This document shows, in pieces, positions 39,919 to 51,770 of a DNA stretch of 64,000 nucleotides. The notes under the pieces are model-generated. The model was not told where the DNA came from. It worked only from the letters and a program-made list of their open reading frames with translations, and searched no databases. A program made the position numbers and the translations under genes. Origin of the DNA: Octopus vulgaris (Eukaryota); NCBI GenBank assembly GCA_951406725.2, contig OX597815.1, positions 33,852,001-33,916,000 on the forward strand, read 5' to 3'. Within the stretch, counting starts at the first letter, position 1, and every line of letters begins with the position of its first letter.

Positions 39919-41468
39919 TCATCATCATCATCATCATCATCATCATCGTTTAACGTCCGCTTTCCATGCTAGCATGGGTTGGACGGTTCAACTGGGGTCT
40001 GGGAAGCCCGAAGGCTGCACCAGGCCAGTCAGATGTGGCAGTGTTTCTACAGCTGGATGCCCTTCCTAACGCCAACCACTCCGAGAGTGTAGTGGGTGAT
40101 TTTATGTGCCACCGACACAGGTGCCAGACGAGGCTGGCAGACGGCCACGCTCGGATGGTGTTTTTTATGTGCCACCGACACAGGTGCCAGACGAGGCTGG
40201 CAGACGGCCACGCTCGGATGGTGTTTTTTATGTGCCACCGACACAGGTGCCAGACGAGGCTGGCAGACGGCCACGCTCGGATGGTGTTTTTTATGTGCCA
40301 CCGACACAGGTGCCAGACGAGGCTGGCAGACGGCCACGCTCGGATGGTGTTTTTTATGTGCCACCGACACAGGTGCCAGACGAGGCTGGCAGACGGCCAC
40401 GCTCGGATGGTGTTTTCTTATGTGTCACCGACACAGGTGCTAGACGAGGCTGGCGGACGGCCACGCTCGGATGGTGTTTGTTACGTGCCCTCAGCACGGA
40501 GGCCAGTCATTGCGGTACTGGCTACGGTCACGTTCGGATGGTTTTCTTATGTGCCACCGGCACTGGTACCACAAGGATACAAATTCCATTGATGTTCATC
40601 TATTTTGATTTGGTTCGATTTGATTTGATACGATTCGATTCTCACTTGCCTCAACAGGTCTTCACAAGTGTCACAAGAAGGAAGGTATGCACAGGTGGAC
40701 TGACTACGTCCCAGGTAGGGGCCACGGATTATGGCTTCACTAGTCTTGCCGGGTCTTCTCACGCACAGCATACTTCCATAGGTCTCGGTCTCTAGTCATT
40801 TCCATGGTGAGACCTAACGTCCGAAGGTCGTGCTTCACCACCTCGTCCCAGGTTTTCCTGGGTCTACCTCTTCCACGGGTTCCCTCAACTGCTAGGGATT
40901 GGCACTTTCTCACACACCTCTCTTCATCCATTCTCGCCACATGACCATACCAGCGCAATCGTCTCTCTTGCACACAACAACTGATGCTTCTTAGGTACAA
41001 CATTTCTCTCAAGGTACTAACGCTCTGTCGAGTAAGTACACTGACATTACACATCCATCGGAGCATACTGGCTTCGTTCCTCACGAGCTTACGCATGTCC
41101 TCAGCAGTCACGGCCCATGTTTCACTGCCATGTAGCATAGCTGTTCGTACACATGCATCATACAGTCTGCCTTTTACTCTGAGCGAGAGGCCTTTAGTCA
41201 CCAGCAGAGGTAAGAGCTCCCTAAACTTTGCCCAGGCTATTCTTATTCTAGCAGTTACACTTTCAGCGCACCCACCCCCACTACTGACTTGGTCACCTAG
41301 ATAGCGGAAACTATCAACTACTTCTAGTTTTTCCCCCGGAAAGTGACAGAAGTTGTTTTCTGCAGATTTTCGGAGGTCAGTGCTCCAGAGCACCTGCCAC
41401 ATACAAAAACTATCTTCCCAGTTAGCCTACCTTTGACATTGCTGCACCTCTTATGTGTCCATAGCTTA
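39919..41468 (-). mobile_element. Young RTE LINE 3' fragment with VNTR in its 3' UTR
   Basis: ORF 40740-41402 reads EKLEVVDSFRYLG...LYDACVRTAMLHGSETWA...RLRWYGHVARM...GRGRPRKTW. Has an (ATG)n tail and is CpG-rich. Confidence 0.92.
40098..40500. repeat. 63-bp tandem repeat, about 6.5 units, first five essentially identical
   Basis: Unit ATGTGCCACCGACACAGGTGCCAGACGAGGCTGGCAGACGGCCACGCTCGGATGGTGTTTTTT starts at 40104, 40167 and onward. The overlapping ORFs show 21-aa periodicity. Confidence 0.95.
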
Positions 41469-41480
41469 TATATATATATT

Positions 41481-41515
<35 letters not shown>

Positions 41516-41582
41516 GCTCATCCAACCCATGCTAGCATGGAAGGCGGATGTTAAATGACGATGATGATGATGACACACACAC

Positions 41583-41786
41583 ATTAAAATTAATTAAGTC
41601 TATGTCCGGTCATAGAGTGACCAATGGTTTTGCATCCACAAATGATTTAGCCTCGTGGATGTCTTGTCAGACTCTAAATAAAGTCTTTGGTTTTAGAATC
41701 TGACAAGACATCCACTAGGCTAAAGCCTTTGTGGATGCAGAACTATTGGTCACTATGGCCAGATGTAGACTCAGTTACTTTTAATA
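41583..41786. repeat. Fold-back element with a hammerhead-like motif in each arm
   Basis: Imperfect inverted arms of about 95 bp around a spacer of about 13 nt. The left arm (minus) reads TAGAGT-CTGACAA-GACATCCAC..GTGGATGC-AAAA-CCATTG-GTC-ACTCTA. Confidence 0.75.
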
Positions 41787-41839
41787 CATTACTGCTCTGT
41801 GCTTTTGAGTGTGCTTCTTTGTTAGATATATGATACATT

Positions 41840-41885
<46 letters not shown>

Positions 41886-41894
41886 ATGATGTAT

Positions 41895-43140
41895 ATATGT
41901 ATTCAAATTAAGTTTACCAGTTTGCATAAAAGGAAAAGAAAAACAATACCCCATTCAAAATAAAAGTATTTAAAAAGATATCAGTTTACTCAAAGTAGCT
42001 ACCCTCAGCTTCCATCACACCCTCAAGATGACTCCTGAACCTGGCACATGCATTCCTACTTGTGTCCCTGGGAAGATCTTCAAATACCTCCTTGATCTTG
42101 GCTATCAGCTTGGCCTTGGCATTGCAGTTAGGGTGGTTGGTGTCTTTCTTAACCACATTTCAAATATATTAATCGATGGGATTACAATTGAGGGGTTTAG
42201 AAGTTCAGAAATTAGGGCTGGTGAAATTCTCCAACAACCACATTTGACTCTTTCCTGAGGGATGGCAAAGGACTGAATTCTACTGCCATGCATATGGCCT
42301 TCCAGCAGCAACCCTCTTCAGCAAGGGTTTGACCATAGTCTTCAGCAGCTTCATGTAGCCGTCTGAGGCCTTGTTCAAAGATGTGGGTTGGCATTGTGTT
42401 ACCAACACTGGAGACACACCCAAAGGTTGTCACAGTTTTGGGAATTTGGTTTCATATGTGGGACATCACATAAATTGTAGGCAAGCCACCTGTTGTTCTG
42501 GGTGTTGTGCAATTGATCTAGTCATAAGTTCATTTGATTTGAGAAGCACCAGATCATCCCTGGCCCAACATGATGCCTGAACTTATTTAGAAACTTCTTT
42601 GCATTTATCAAGTGGTTCTCCTTGGCTTTGGCTATGGAATTTGTCCCTTTTGCCTCTTGTACGGATAGTAGTGAAGGTCCTCATTCAGGCCTATCTTGGT
42701 GGTGACTCCAACACTCATCTCTTTCACTAAAGCCTGGATTCCCTTTCTTGGATCTTCTATCATCTTGTTGTGCAGTTGTTGGATGAATGCTGGTTTGCAG
42801 ACACTTGCTATGTTCCTTCCTGTTGGCCACAGCTTCATAGTCCATATGCAGCTGTCCATATTATGTCTCATAGCCTTTACAGTGTCACTGATCATTGAGC
42901 AGCAAAATGCTCATATGGCATTAAGCAGATGTCAGCATTTTGATAACCAGTACAAATCATTATGATACAAGTAACACTTTTCCAATATTCACATGTCTTC
43001 CTGTCCTCCATGTTAGCTAACTTTTTCTCAACTACAACTTTTAATCTTTATGCGTTCCAATGCCATTGACTGTTCATCAAGCTGTTCCTAATAAATGGAG
43101 ACATAAATAAATCATCAAATTTAACCTGAACACTCTTTAT
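41895..43140 (-). mobile_element. Degenerate Tc1/mariner-superfamily (maT-like) transposon
   Basis: Broken minus frames give ..NCNPID..VVKKDTN..KEVFEDLPRD..NACARFRSHLEGVMEAEGSYFE* and MIEDPRKGIQALVKEMSVG. Related copy at 59540-60680. Confidence 0.75.
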
Positions 43141-44858
43141 ATATATGTGTGTGTGTGTTTGTGTATACATACATACATACATATATATATTTATATATAT
43201 AGTTAATCCAAACAAGAAAACACAAAAAGACACAGCAACGCGAGGACGTGGAACAAATAAAGTATTACTGGACGCTCAGGAAAGAAGGGATACAGACACA
43301 TTTATAATCATCATCATCATCATTTAACATCCATGTTTCATGCTGGCATCAGGTTGGGTAGTCTGACAAGGATCCAGTGTTTCAGAGTTCTGCATTATGC
43401 TCCAGTGTCTGCTTTGGCATGGTTTCTATGGCTGCATGCCCTTCCTAATGCCAACCACCTGATATTGAGTACTGGGTACTTGTTTTGTACCATTGGCTCT
43501 ATTGAGGTCATCATACAGCTTGCGAATCTACAAAACCTAAGGAAGGGGGCAAGGAGCATGTCCTTACGTTACATAGTGGTTGCGCAGGTTCATGTTGAGA
43601 AGCAACATGGCTACTCACATTTAACAAAGTGAAAATGAACTGCTGGTGTTTCCAAAGAGATAAATAGTGGTGATGAAGTGCCCAGGTGGTACCTCAAGAT
43701 ATGAAGTGGGTTGTAGCAGGTGGGGATTCCCAAGAGAGTATGGTTCTGGACAGCAAGAACGAAAAGTGATAGAAGTAGAGCCATAGACTGATATATATAT
43801 ACATATGTATATACATATGTATATATATATATTTCTTTCATTTATTCATATATATATATATATATATATATTAGCAGAGATAACCAGTGTAGATCGGGAT
43901 TAAAATGGCATATTTTTTTTATTGTTTGAATTGTTTCGATAATGTGACTGCAGCCATGCTGGAGTACTGCCTTTAGTCAAAGAAACTGACTCCAGGATTT
44001 ATTCTTTGTAAGCCTAGTACTTATTCTATTACTGTGTTTTGCCAGATGGCTTAGTTATGGAAGCATAAACACAGCAACATCGGTTATCAAGCAGTGGTGG
44101 GGTACAAACACACACACGCATATATATATTCCTTTATTCTCTTACTTGTTTCAGTTATTTGACTGCGGCCATGTTGGAGCACCGCCTTTAGCTGAGCAAA
44201 TCAACCACAAGGCTTATTCTTTGTAATCCTAGTACTTATTCTATCGGTCTCTTTTGCTGAACCGCTAAGTTACATAAACACACCAGCATCGGTTGTCAAA
44301 TGATGTTGGAAGGACAAACAGACACACAAACATATACACACATTAGCATGGAAAACGGACGTTAAACGATGATGATGATGATGATGATATATATATATAG
44401 ATAAATAGGATGTTAAACGATGATGATGAAGATGTATATATATAAAACACGATTTTCTGTGACAGCTACCAATACCGCCCGACTGGCCCTCGTGCCGGTG
44501 GCATGTAAAAATACCCACTACACTCTCGGAGTGGTTGGTATTAGGAAGGACATCCAGTTGTAGAAACTCTGCCAAATCAAGATTGGAGCCTGGTGCAACC
44601 ATCTGGTTTGCCAGTCCTCAATCAAATCGTGCAACCCATGCTAGCATGGAAAGCGGATGTTAAATGACAATGATGATGATGATATATATATACATATATA
44701 TAATCAATATTATTGATGACTTATTCATTTGTATTTCTGCACATTGTTTCTACTTCAGCACTTCTGTTTCACCATTACATTTATAATACTTTCTCTGTAT
44801 TTGTGCGCACACACACAGTCACACGTATGTACGTACATAGAGGTACATAGGTAAATCT

Positions 44859-44896
<38 letters not shown>

Positions 44897-44935
44897 TTGT
44901 GTGTATATAACTATATATATATATATATATATATA

Positions 44936-45479
44936 TGGTGGTGGCTGCCCCCTCGTTATCGAGTATGGCCATTGCACGAATCTTAATCAATGTTGTTATC
45001 ATGCAATGAAGATTTTTTTTAAAGTGAAGAAAGGCTGTGCACTGAGTCAATCCCACTCACTAAGCAACAGCAGCCATAATCCGAAAAGAACAACAAGTCA
45101 ACATCATCGGTAACCACTGAACCGCATGTTTTATGTTGGAGTTATCCCAGTTACCTGAGTTACCTTCTCCTAGAAGGATGCCCTAACAAAGGCTAGGAGT
45201 CCTTCACTCTCAATGGTTTAACCACGCGATCAGGTATTCAGTCCAATTATTTCTATGTCCCCGCGCATGATACAGCCTTAAGACATTTATTGGATGGCCG
45301 TTGACTCTCAAGAGTTCCTCCGCCCCTTGACGATTGTTTTTCATCCTGCAGGGTGTCCAATAAACACCCTCCTCACCAAGCAAGCTTGGTGGGCTTGCCG
45401 GTTTAGTTGCCGACGAGCCGACCATGCAACAGGTTGTACTGGGTTACATGTTACTAGTAGCACTTGAAAGTGACCTGAC

Positions 45480-45480
<1 letters not shown>
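44936..45480 (-). mobile_element. Probable non-autonomous RTE-related element between (TA)n tracts
   Basis: Minus-strand end GCAATGGCCATACTCGATAACGAGGGGGCAGCC resembles RTE 3' termini. GC-richer than its flanks and has no ORF. Confidence 0.4.
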
Positions 45481-45517
<37 letters not shown>

Positions 45518-45664
45518 CATACATACATACATAAATATATATTATTATTATTATTAGTATATATATGTATTTTGATATTTTGCTTAGTCATTGCGAGACT
45601 AATACCCTGGTGTGAAACACAAGATACATATGTGAGAATGAAGCATTAGTTGAAGATAGGGTGG

Positions 45665-45952
45665 TAATAAGAAAATAAGAATGCAGATGAATATACAATT
45701 TTCTCATGAATGTCATTAGCTTACAGGTGTTTCTGTTGTAAAATGCTGTGGACTCATAGTTGAGTGCTTGAGTAATACCTTATTGTTTCATCAGAGCCTG
45801 AAATATGAAGTGCACTTCATATTTGATTTTCCATTGAAGCTAGAAGCTCGACTCAACTATGAGTCTTTTGCATCTTAAAGTCAGAAATGGCAGTAAGCTA
45901 ATGACATTCATGAGATAATTGTTTATTCCTTTGTCATCTTATTTTCTTATAT
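45665..45952. repeat. Long fold-back palindrome with decayed hammerhead motif (minus, 45718-45798)
   Basis: Outer arms AAGAAAATAAGA..TCTCATGAATGTCATTAGCTTAC and GTAAGCTAATGACATTCATGAGA..TCTTATTTTCTT; perfect centre AAATATGAAGTGCACTTCATATTT. Minus strand reads GGCT-CTGATGA...GAAA-CACCT-GTA-AGCT, but the base of stem II does not pair. Confidence 0.7.
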
Positions 45953-45958
45953 ATATAC

Positions 45959-46003
<45 letters not shown>

Positions 46004-46081
46004 TGTAGGATAAAATTTTTTCGAAAAAAATTTTATCAATGGCCAGCATATTAAAAAATACCTTTAAAGGTTAAATTATAA

Positions 46082-46390
46082 ACAACCTATAAATAAGGGC
46101 AAACGAAAAAATTTCTAATGCCAAATATGCCGAAAATTGGACATATTGTCCATTTACCATATAATTTTTTTCCCAGTACACACGCTACACTGATGAAGGG
46201 AGGGTTCTTTTTGAACTAACCCTGAAATCGGTCCGATATGGTAATAATGGAATTTTTTAGAGATTTCTGTCGACCTTCTTTTGAGTAGCATGCGTACTGG
46301 GAAAAAAATTATATGGTAAATGGACAATGTGTCCAATTTTCGGCATATTTGGCATTAGAAATTTTTTCGTTTGCCCTTATTTATAAGTTG

Positions 46391-46391
<1 letters not shown>
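46082..46391. repeat. 107-bp near-perfect inverted repeat enclosing a hammerhead core (46190-46233, +)
   Basis: Arms at 46082-46188 and 46285-46391. The loop contains CTGATGA-AGGG..GTTC-tttt-GAAC..CCCT-GAAA-TCG-GTC. The 5' strand of stem I is absent at the inversion junction. Confidence 0.8.
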
Positions 46392-46421
<30 letters not shown>

Positions 46422-47389
46422 CATGTTCATTTTAACATTCATTTTCAAGGTCTAGTTTTTACTTAATAATTATGTTGGTGTCATATTTCAGTGATAGCAG
46501 TGCAGCACTCAGACATCTACACTTTACATTGCTTAACTCTCTATCATATTAATTCTGCCAGTGTAAAAATCTGTCTTCCATCTCTCCAGTGCTAATAAAT
46601 ATGATTGAGATGATCGAGTCAAAGATAACTCCAGAGAACCTGCAAATAAAAAGCATCTACAGGATCATTTTGGGAGAACATTGGAGTAACTTTCCGGTTA
46701 TGTAGGCAATACTGAACCAATAAAATAGTTTTCAATTACGTCGTATTCCTATTAGTTACAGCAATAATAATCCATAACATCTGTGTACCATCTAGATAAA
46801 TAGGTCAGCCTGAGTCAAGTGTCTCAATGATTGTCTCTATGAAGTGGTGGTAGGATATAGATCCAGATTATTTGCTAACCCTGTTTGCTAAAGAGGCCTG
46901 TTGACCATTTAAAATAAATAATTAAACCCTATTCTTTAGAAAATTAAAATATCTAGATCAGTAAATAAAATTTTTTTTTTTATTGTTTTCAGACTATGAT
47001 AGATTTCGCTTGGTCTTATTTTTGTTATTTCTTATCTTTGCTGGGAAAATAAAAGATATGAGAATTGTAAATAGTGGTGGTGTTGTATATTTGTTGTTGA
47101 TGGACATATTAGTGTTAGGGTTGCAGCGATGACAATTACATACAGTAAGGTACAAACATGCATTAAATCATAGGATATTTTAGTTTTATATTTCGTTTCA
47201 CAAAAATACATTGATCACAGCCAACTCCTTATTACTTAGAAAAAATTAAACCTCCATTAACCAGAACAAACTATTACAGTTCTCTATGCATATATGCATG
47301 TGTGTGCATGTGTGTAAGTATGCATATGATTATGTATCTATTGATCCAGTGGCATTTTATTTTATTTCTTTTTCTTCTTGTCTGTTTAA

Positions 47390-47610
47390 CCCTTTAGTGT
47401 TTAAACCGGCCATATCCGGCCCAAATATTCTACATGATTTATATTCAAACTGGCCATATCTAGCCTCTCGCACCTAACCTATAGTGACACTCTAAAAATA
47501 AAACAATCATATCATTGAAACCTCAAAGCTATAACATAATGCATGGTTAATTCAAAACGATTTGAGTGAAAAAGTATTACATTTAATAGAGAAATTTGAA
47601 CGCCAAAGGG
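47390..47610. mobile_element. piggyBac-like MITE
   Basis: TTAA-CCCTTTAGTGTT...AACGCCAAAGGG-TTAA. Oppositely oriented copy at 54382-54601 and a decayed copy at about 30590-30790. Confidence 0.8.
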
Positions 47611-48198
47611 TTAACTCATATATCTTCTGGTTAATTTTATTTTGTATACTGTACCTTTTCTAATAGCTTGCAGTGGCTTCTAGTAATCAAATGGTTGGCT
47701 AATGAGAAGGTGTTGTATATGTGTGTCGAATAAAACAGTTTGAGTCATGATGTTTACAGGTTTAGCGTTTACATTGAAATTTGTTGTCTTAATTCATTTC
47801 AGAGTGTATGAATGTTTTTGATATACTCTTAAGTTTTATGTTCAAGTGGAGATATTTGATGAATAGAGGATCAGGCTTTAGTTTTTATCCTAAATGTAAT
47901 CAAATGTCTTCATTGAATATGAAACATTGCCAGATCAGACTGGGCCTGGTGCAGCCTTCTGGCTTCCCAGACCCCAGTTGAACCATCCAACCCATGCTAG
48001 CATGGAAAGCGGACGCTAAACGAGGATGATGAGATATATATATATATATATACCAGAGTAAACACATAAATGTGAAACAAGGTGGAAAAAAGAGTACTCA
48101 AATACCAGTGGTAGAGTAATATGTTTTATTTAAAGCAGCAGAAAATTCAACAAAACCTGTTACTCTGAGTAAAGTATATATATAAAGTATATATATAA

Positions 48199-48231
<33 letters not shown>

Positions 48232-48235
<4 letters not shown>

Positions 48236-48380
48236 CGTTGCACCCCGGCATTGCCCAGGTGTTATGACCTTCAGCCACAATGTATTATTTGTTCGTTTCT
48301 TATTCGCAGAATCGGCACACGAGGAGTATGAAGCAAATGACTCTTCTTTATAAACATATTTATCAGTCATTTTCTGATGA
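48232..48380 (-). mobile_element. Helitron 3'-end fragment
   Basis: Minus strand ends CCTGGGCAATGCCGGGG (hairpin)-TGCAACG-CTAG|T. Confidence 0.55.
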
Positions 48381-48899
48381 ACAGTACTGCAGTTTCTGTC
48401 TACCAAATTCAGTCACAAATCTGTGGTTGACCTAAGGCTAAAGTAGAAAACACTTGCCCAAGGTACCATGCAGAAGGACTGAACGTGGAACCATGTGATT
48501 GGGAAACAAACTTCTCAACCACACAGTCATTCCTGCACCTAATGTGTGTGTTTGTGTGTTTACATTTGTTGTTAAATTGAGTATTGTGTCCCACTAGGTC
48601 TCAAAATTAGCAGTTCATCAAGCAGAGATCTATAAAATAAATGCCCACTTGAAATATGTACTGAGGTCAGTATGATCAATTAAATTTTTGAAGGTGATAC
48701 TCCATTATGGTGACAGTCAAAAGACTAAACCCAGTAAAATAATATTTAAATACCTAATGGCTTCAAATTTCAGGTAATGGATTACTAACCACGAGATAAT
48801 GAGTTCAAAACTTCGTATTGAACTTCCCCTAGATACGATAACTTGACTTCCAACAATTAACAATTGTAATTTGGAGATGAATGGTTAGCAGTAAGAAAG

Positions 48900-50160
48900 A
48901 TGTCCAGATATTGTGAGAAAAAATATTTTCTTCACCACACAGAGGTGTGTTTCAGGCAGAGTTGCTTCCCTTAGCTGAAAACCTCAAAATTGTGCGACCC
49001 AACCTTGTAAATTGCCGCTATTTTATATTTTTTATTTCGTGCATGTGCATCGTTTGTTTTCGATTTTGTCAACTACACAGTTTAGTAGGGTCAGTTTAGC
49101 ACTGTCTGTGAGAAACACAGTACCATGACACGATACATTTTGCCAGAAATTTGGAAACGACATGCTGTACTGCCAGGCATTTGCATCAGAAGCTCCAATA
49201 CAATTATTTCAGAGTATTTGGGTGTCAATCTGAGGACAGTGCAGAGGATTTGGAAAGAGTTGGATGAATCTAATGGTGATTATGAAGGTACGGCAGCTCG
49301 AAAAACTCACTCTGATTGTTCTGATAAGAAAAGAACTCCTGAATTTGTTGGTGAGATTTAGGTCATGATTCACAACAATCTCTCCAAGTCAGTCAGGTCC
49401 ATCACCAGGGACATGGGAGTGTGTGCGTTTCTTATCAAGCAGGTAGTGCATGAAGAGATTTGGTATTCCTCATACAAGATGAGAAAGTGCCAATTCTTAT
49501 CCCAAGCCATCAAGAACATGAGGAAAGACCGTGTTACAAAGCTTTTGAGCAAACTCAACCATGCCCTCCAACTGGACATGCTTTGGTTTTTCTCAGACAA
49601 GAAAATTTTCTGTTAGGATCAGATGGTGAACACACAGAGCAACTGTTGGCTTGTTGTGTCCCCAGAACATGTACTGAGAGTGATACAAATCAAACATCCA
49701 ATAAACATCATGGTGTTTGGAGTGGTCACTAGTGATGCCAATGTTATGCTGCCATTCATCTTCCTACACAACTTCAGACTCAATACAGAGGCCTACATCA
49801 AGTGCCTGGAGAAGGTAGTGCTGCCTTGGGTCAAGAAGCTGGCTGCTGGAAGATCCTATGTCTGGCAACAAGATTCTGCACCATGTCACACAAGCAGGAG
49901 AACCCAGTCATGGCTGTCAGACAATTTCTGCAACCACATCACCCCTAACATCTGGTTACCTAACTCCCTAGACTGCAACCCTCTTGATTATTATGTGTGG
50001 GGTGCAGTTGAATGAGAGACCTACAAAACTTGTAATACTAAAGATGAACTGAAGGCAAGGATTATGGCAGCATTCACCAACTTGAACAAGGAGACCATCC
50101 AGAAGAGTTGCAGGAGATTTTTGCATAATTTAGACAACAGTTTATTCATTGCACCCTGTA
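48900..50160 (+). mobile_element. maT (DD37D) Tc1/mariner transposon, pseudogenised
   Basis: Collinear ORFs 49125-49361, 49365-49616 and 49623-50015 are separated by stops. Motifs FFSDKK, WQQDSAPCH and NSLDCNPLDY, with exactly 37 residues between the second and third Asp. Ends ..CACCCTGTA. Left boundary approximate. Confidence 0.88.
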
Positions 50161-50356
50161 TATATATATATGTATATATATATTTATGTTGTGTATGTAT
50201 GTACCTGCATGTATATATGTAATAATATATATGTATGTGTATGGGTTTGGTTGAACAAATAGGATAAACAGAACATATCTGTCGAAGATACAAAGTAACT
50301 GAAGGGCCAAGTGTTTTGTGCCATGTACAAAGCTTTCAGTCTTTAAAGAATGATAA

Positions 50357-50357
<1 letters not shown>

Positions 50358-50404
<47 letters not shown>
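50358..50404. repeat. (AAT)n microsatellite just upstream of an exon acceptor
   Basis: About 15 AAT units. Confidence 0.95.
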
Positions 50405-50405
<1 letters not shown>

Positions 50406-50456
50406 TATCTTGGTCTTTATTGAAGTCTTACATATTTTCTTTTTATTTTACTGCAG

Positions 50457-50507
50457 GACTGAGGAACATGATGATGTTGAAGAGTCAGAACTACCACAAC
50501 ATATTTT
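50457..50507 (+). CDS. PDXDC1: PDXDC1 orthologue, coding exon (51 nt, phase 2-2)
   Basis: Acceptor ttttctttttattttactgcag, donor gtaaga. Encodes TEEHDDVEESELPQHI(L), compared with human RTEEENG...DIPGPL as recalled. Confidence 0.8.
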
Positions 50508-50619
50508 GTAAGAAATCATATTTTTATAATGGAATTTATTTGAATTTTGTTGTGTATTTGTGTGGTATAATGCATTGGCATTCTTTGCATCTGTATGTTA
50601 TACATTTTACACCTTTCAG

Positions 50620-50712
50620 AGAACATGCCTCTGGGATTTACAATACTATGAAAGAAATTGAGAAACTCATTGCTTATGAAAAGGTGATGGACGAGGGTGA
50701 AGAAAAAACTCA
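50620..50712 (+). CDS. PDXDC1: PDXDC1 orthologue, coding exon (93 nt, phase 2-2)
   Basis: Acceptor ttttacacctttcag, donor gtgagt, after a 112-nt intron. Encodes EHASGIYNTMKEIEKLIAYEKVMDEGEEKT(Q), compared with human GQDMVSILQLVQNLMHGDEDEEPQ as recalled. Confidence 0.82.
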
Positions 50713-51094
50713 GTGAGTAGTATTTTCTCTTCTAGATTATTTATGTTGCTGATTATATAATGGATGAGTGTTAATTCATCACTGCAGACCCCAATCTATG
50801 ATCTAATTGTGAGGTGTACCATTCCAATTAATGTAATTAATATAATAGCACATTTGGGAAATCTCAGTATAATTCTCATCAGTAAATACCTATTCAACTT
50901 ATATTATTTCAATTTGTTATTTTACCAAATAAGTAAATAAATAAATAAACAAGTAATTCAACAAGTGACTGGGGAACCCGTAATCTCTCTTAAATATCCC
51001 AATAGAACTTAATTGGTACTTGTAGATTAGAAAGATATGTGTGGGAGGCTGCAACTGGGCAAACATCAAAGTATGGTATTAGCATTCTTGTTTT

Positions 51095-51770
51095 TAAAGC
51101 AGTGAGCTGGCAGAACCATTAGCATGCCAAAGGAAATGCTTACTGGCATTTATTCTGCCTCTTATGTTCTGAATTCCGATTCCGCCAAGGCCAATTTTAC
51201 CTTTTCATTGTTTCAGGGATGGGATGATAAAATAAGTACCAGTTAAGAACTGGGGTTGATGTGAGCAACTAATCCCAACTTCACAAAATTTCAGGACTTG
51301 TGCCTAAGTAGAAAAAATTATTAAGAAAGGCGGCAAGCTGGCAGAAACATTAGCATGCCGGGCGAAATGCTTAGCGGTATTTCGTCTGCTGTTACGTTCT
51401 GAGTTCAAATTCCACCAAGGTCGACTTTGCCTTTCATCCTTTCGGTGTCAATAAATTAAGTCAATGTAATCGATTTAATCCCTCTGTCTGTCCTTGTTTG
51501 TCCCCTCTTTGTTTAGCCCCTTGTGGGCAACAAAGAAATAAATAAGAAAGAATTATTATTAAGGCAGTGATCTGGCGGAATCTTTAGCGTACTGGGCAAA
51601 CTGCTTACCAGCATTTTGTTTGCCTTGATGTACTGAGTTCAAATTCTGCCAGGTTGACTTTGCCTTTCATCCTTTCAGGGTTGCTAAAATAAGCACTGGG
51701 ATTGAGGTAATCAACTTAGCGCTTCTTTTGAAATTGCTAGCCTTGTGCCAAAATTTGAAAATATAATAAT
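51095..51770 (+). mobile_element. Head-to-tail cluster of three tRNA-derived SINEs of a second family
   Basis: The pattern GCAGTGAGCTGGCAGAA...GAGTTCAAATTC..CAAGGTCGACTTTGCCTTTCATCCTTTC recurs at about 51098, 51329 and 51563. Same family at 63688-63908. Confidence 0.8.

Noticed and set aside
40098-40560. CRISPR-like repeat/spacer appearance of the GGTGCTTTTTACGTGCCAC arrays (also at 8.4, 13.3 and 14.8 kb)
   Set aside because: Linkers are identical or homologous rather than unique spacers, the arrays lie in an RTE 3' UTR, no cas genes are present and the DNA is eukaryotic.
39966-40795. Long repetitive ORFs of 208, 229, 115 and 117 aa
   Set aside because: They are by-products of a stop-free 63-bp tandem repeat that is open in several frames.
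50420-50716. 98-aa ORF as a single-exon gene (likewise ORF 62998-63333)
   Set aside because: Only the parts bounded by splice signals are coding. The remainder is intron read-through.
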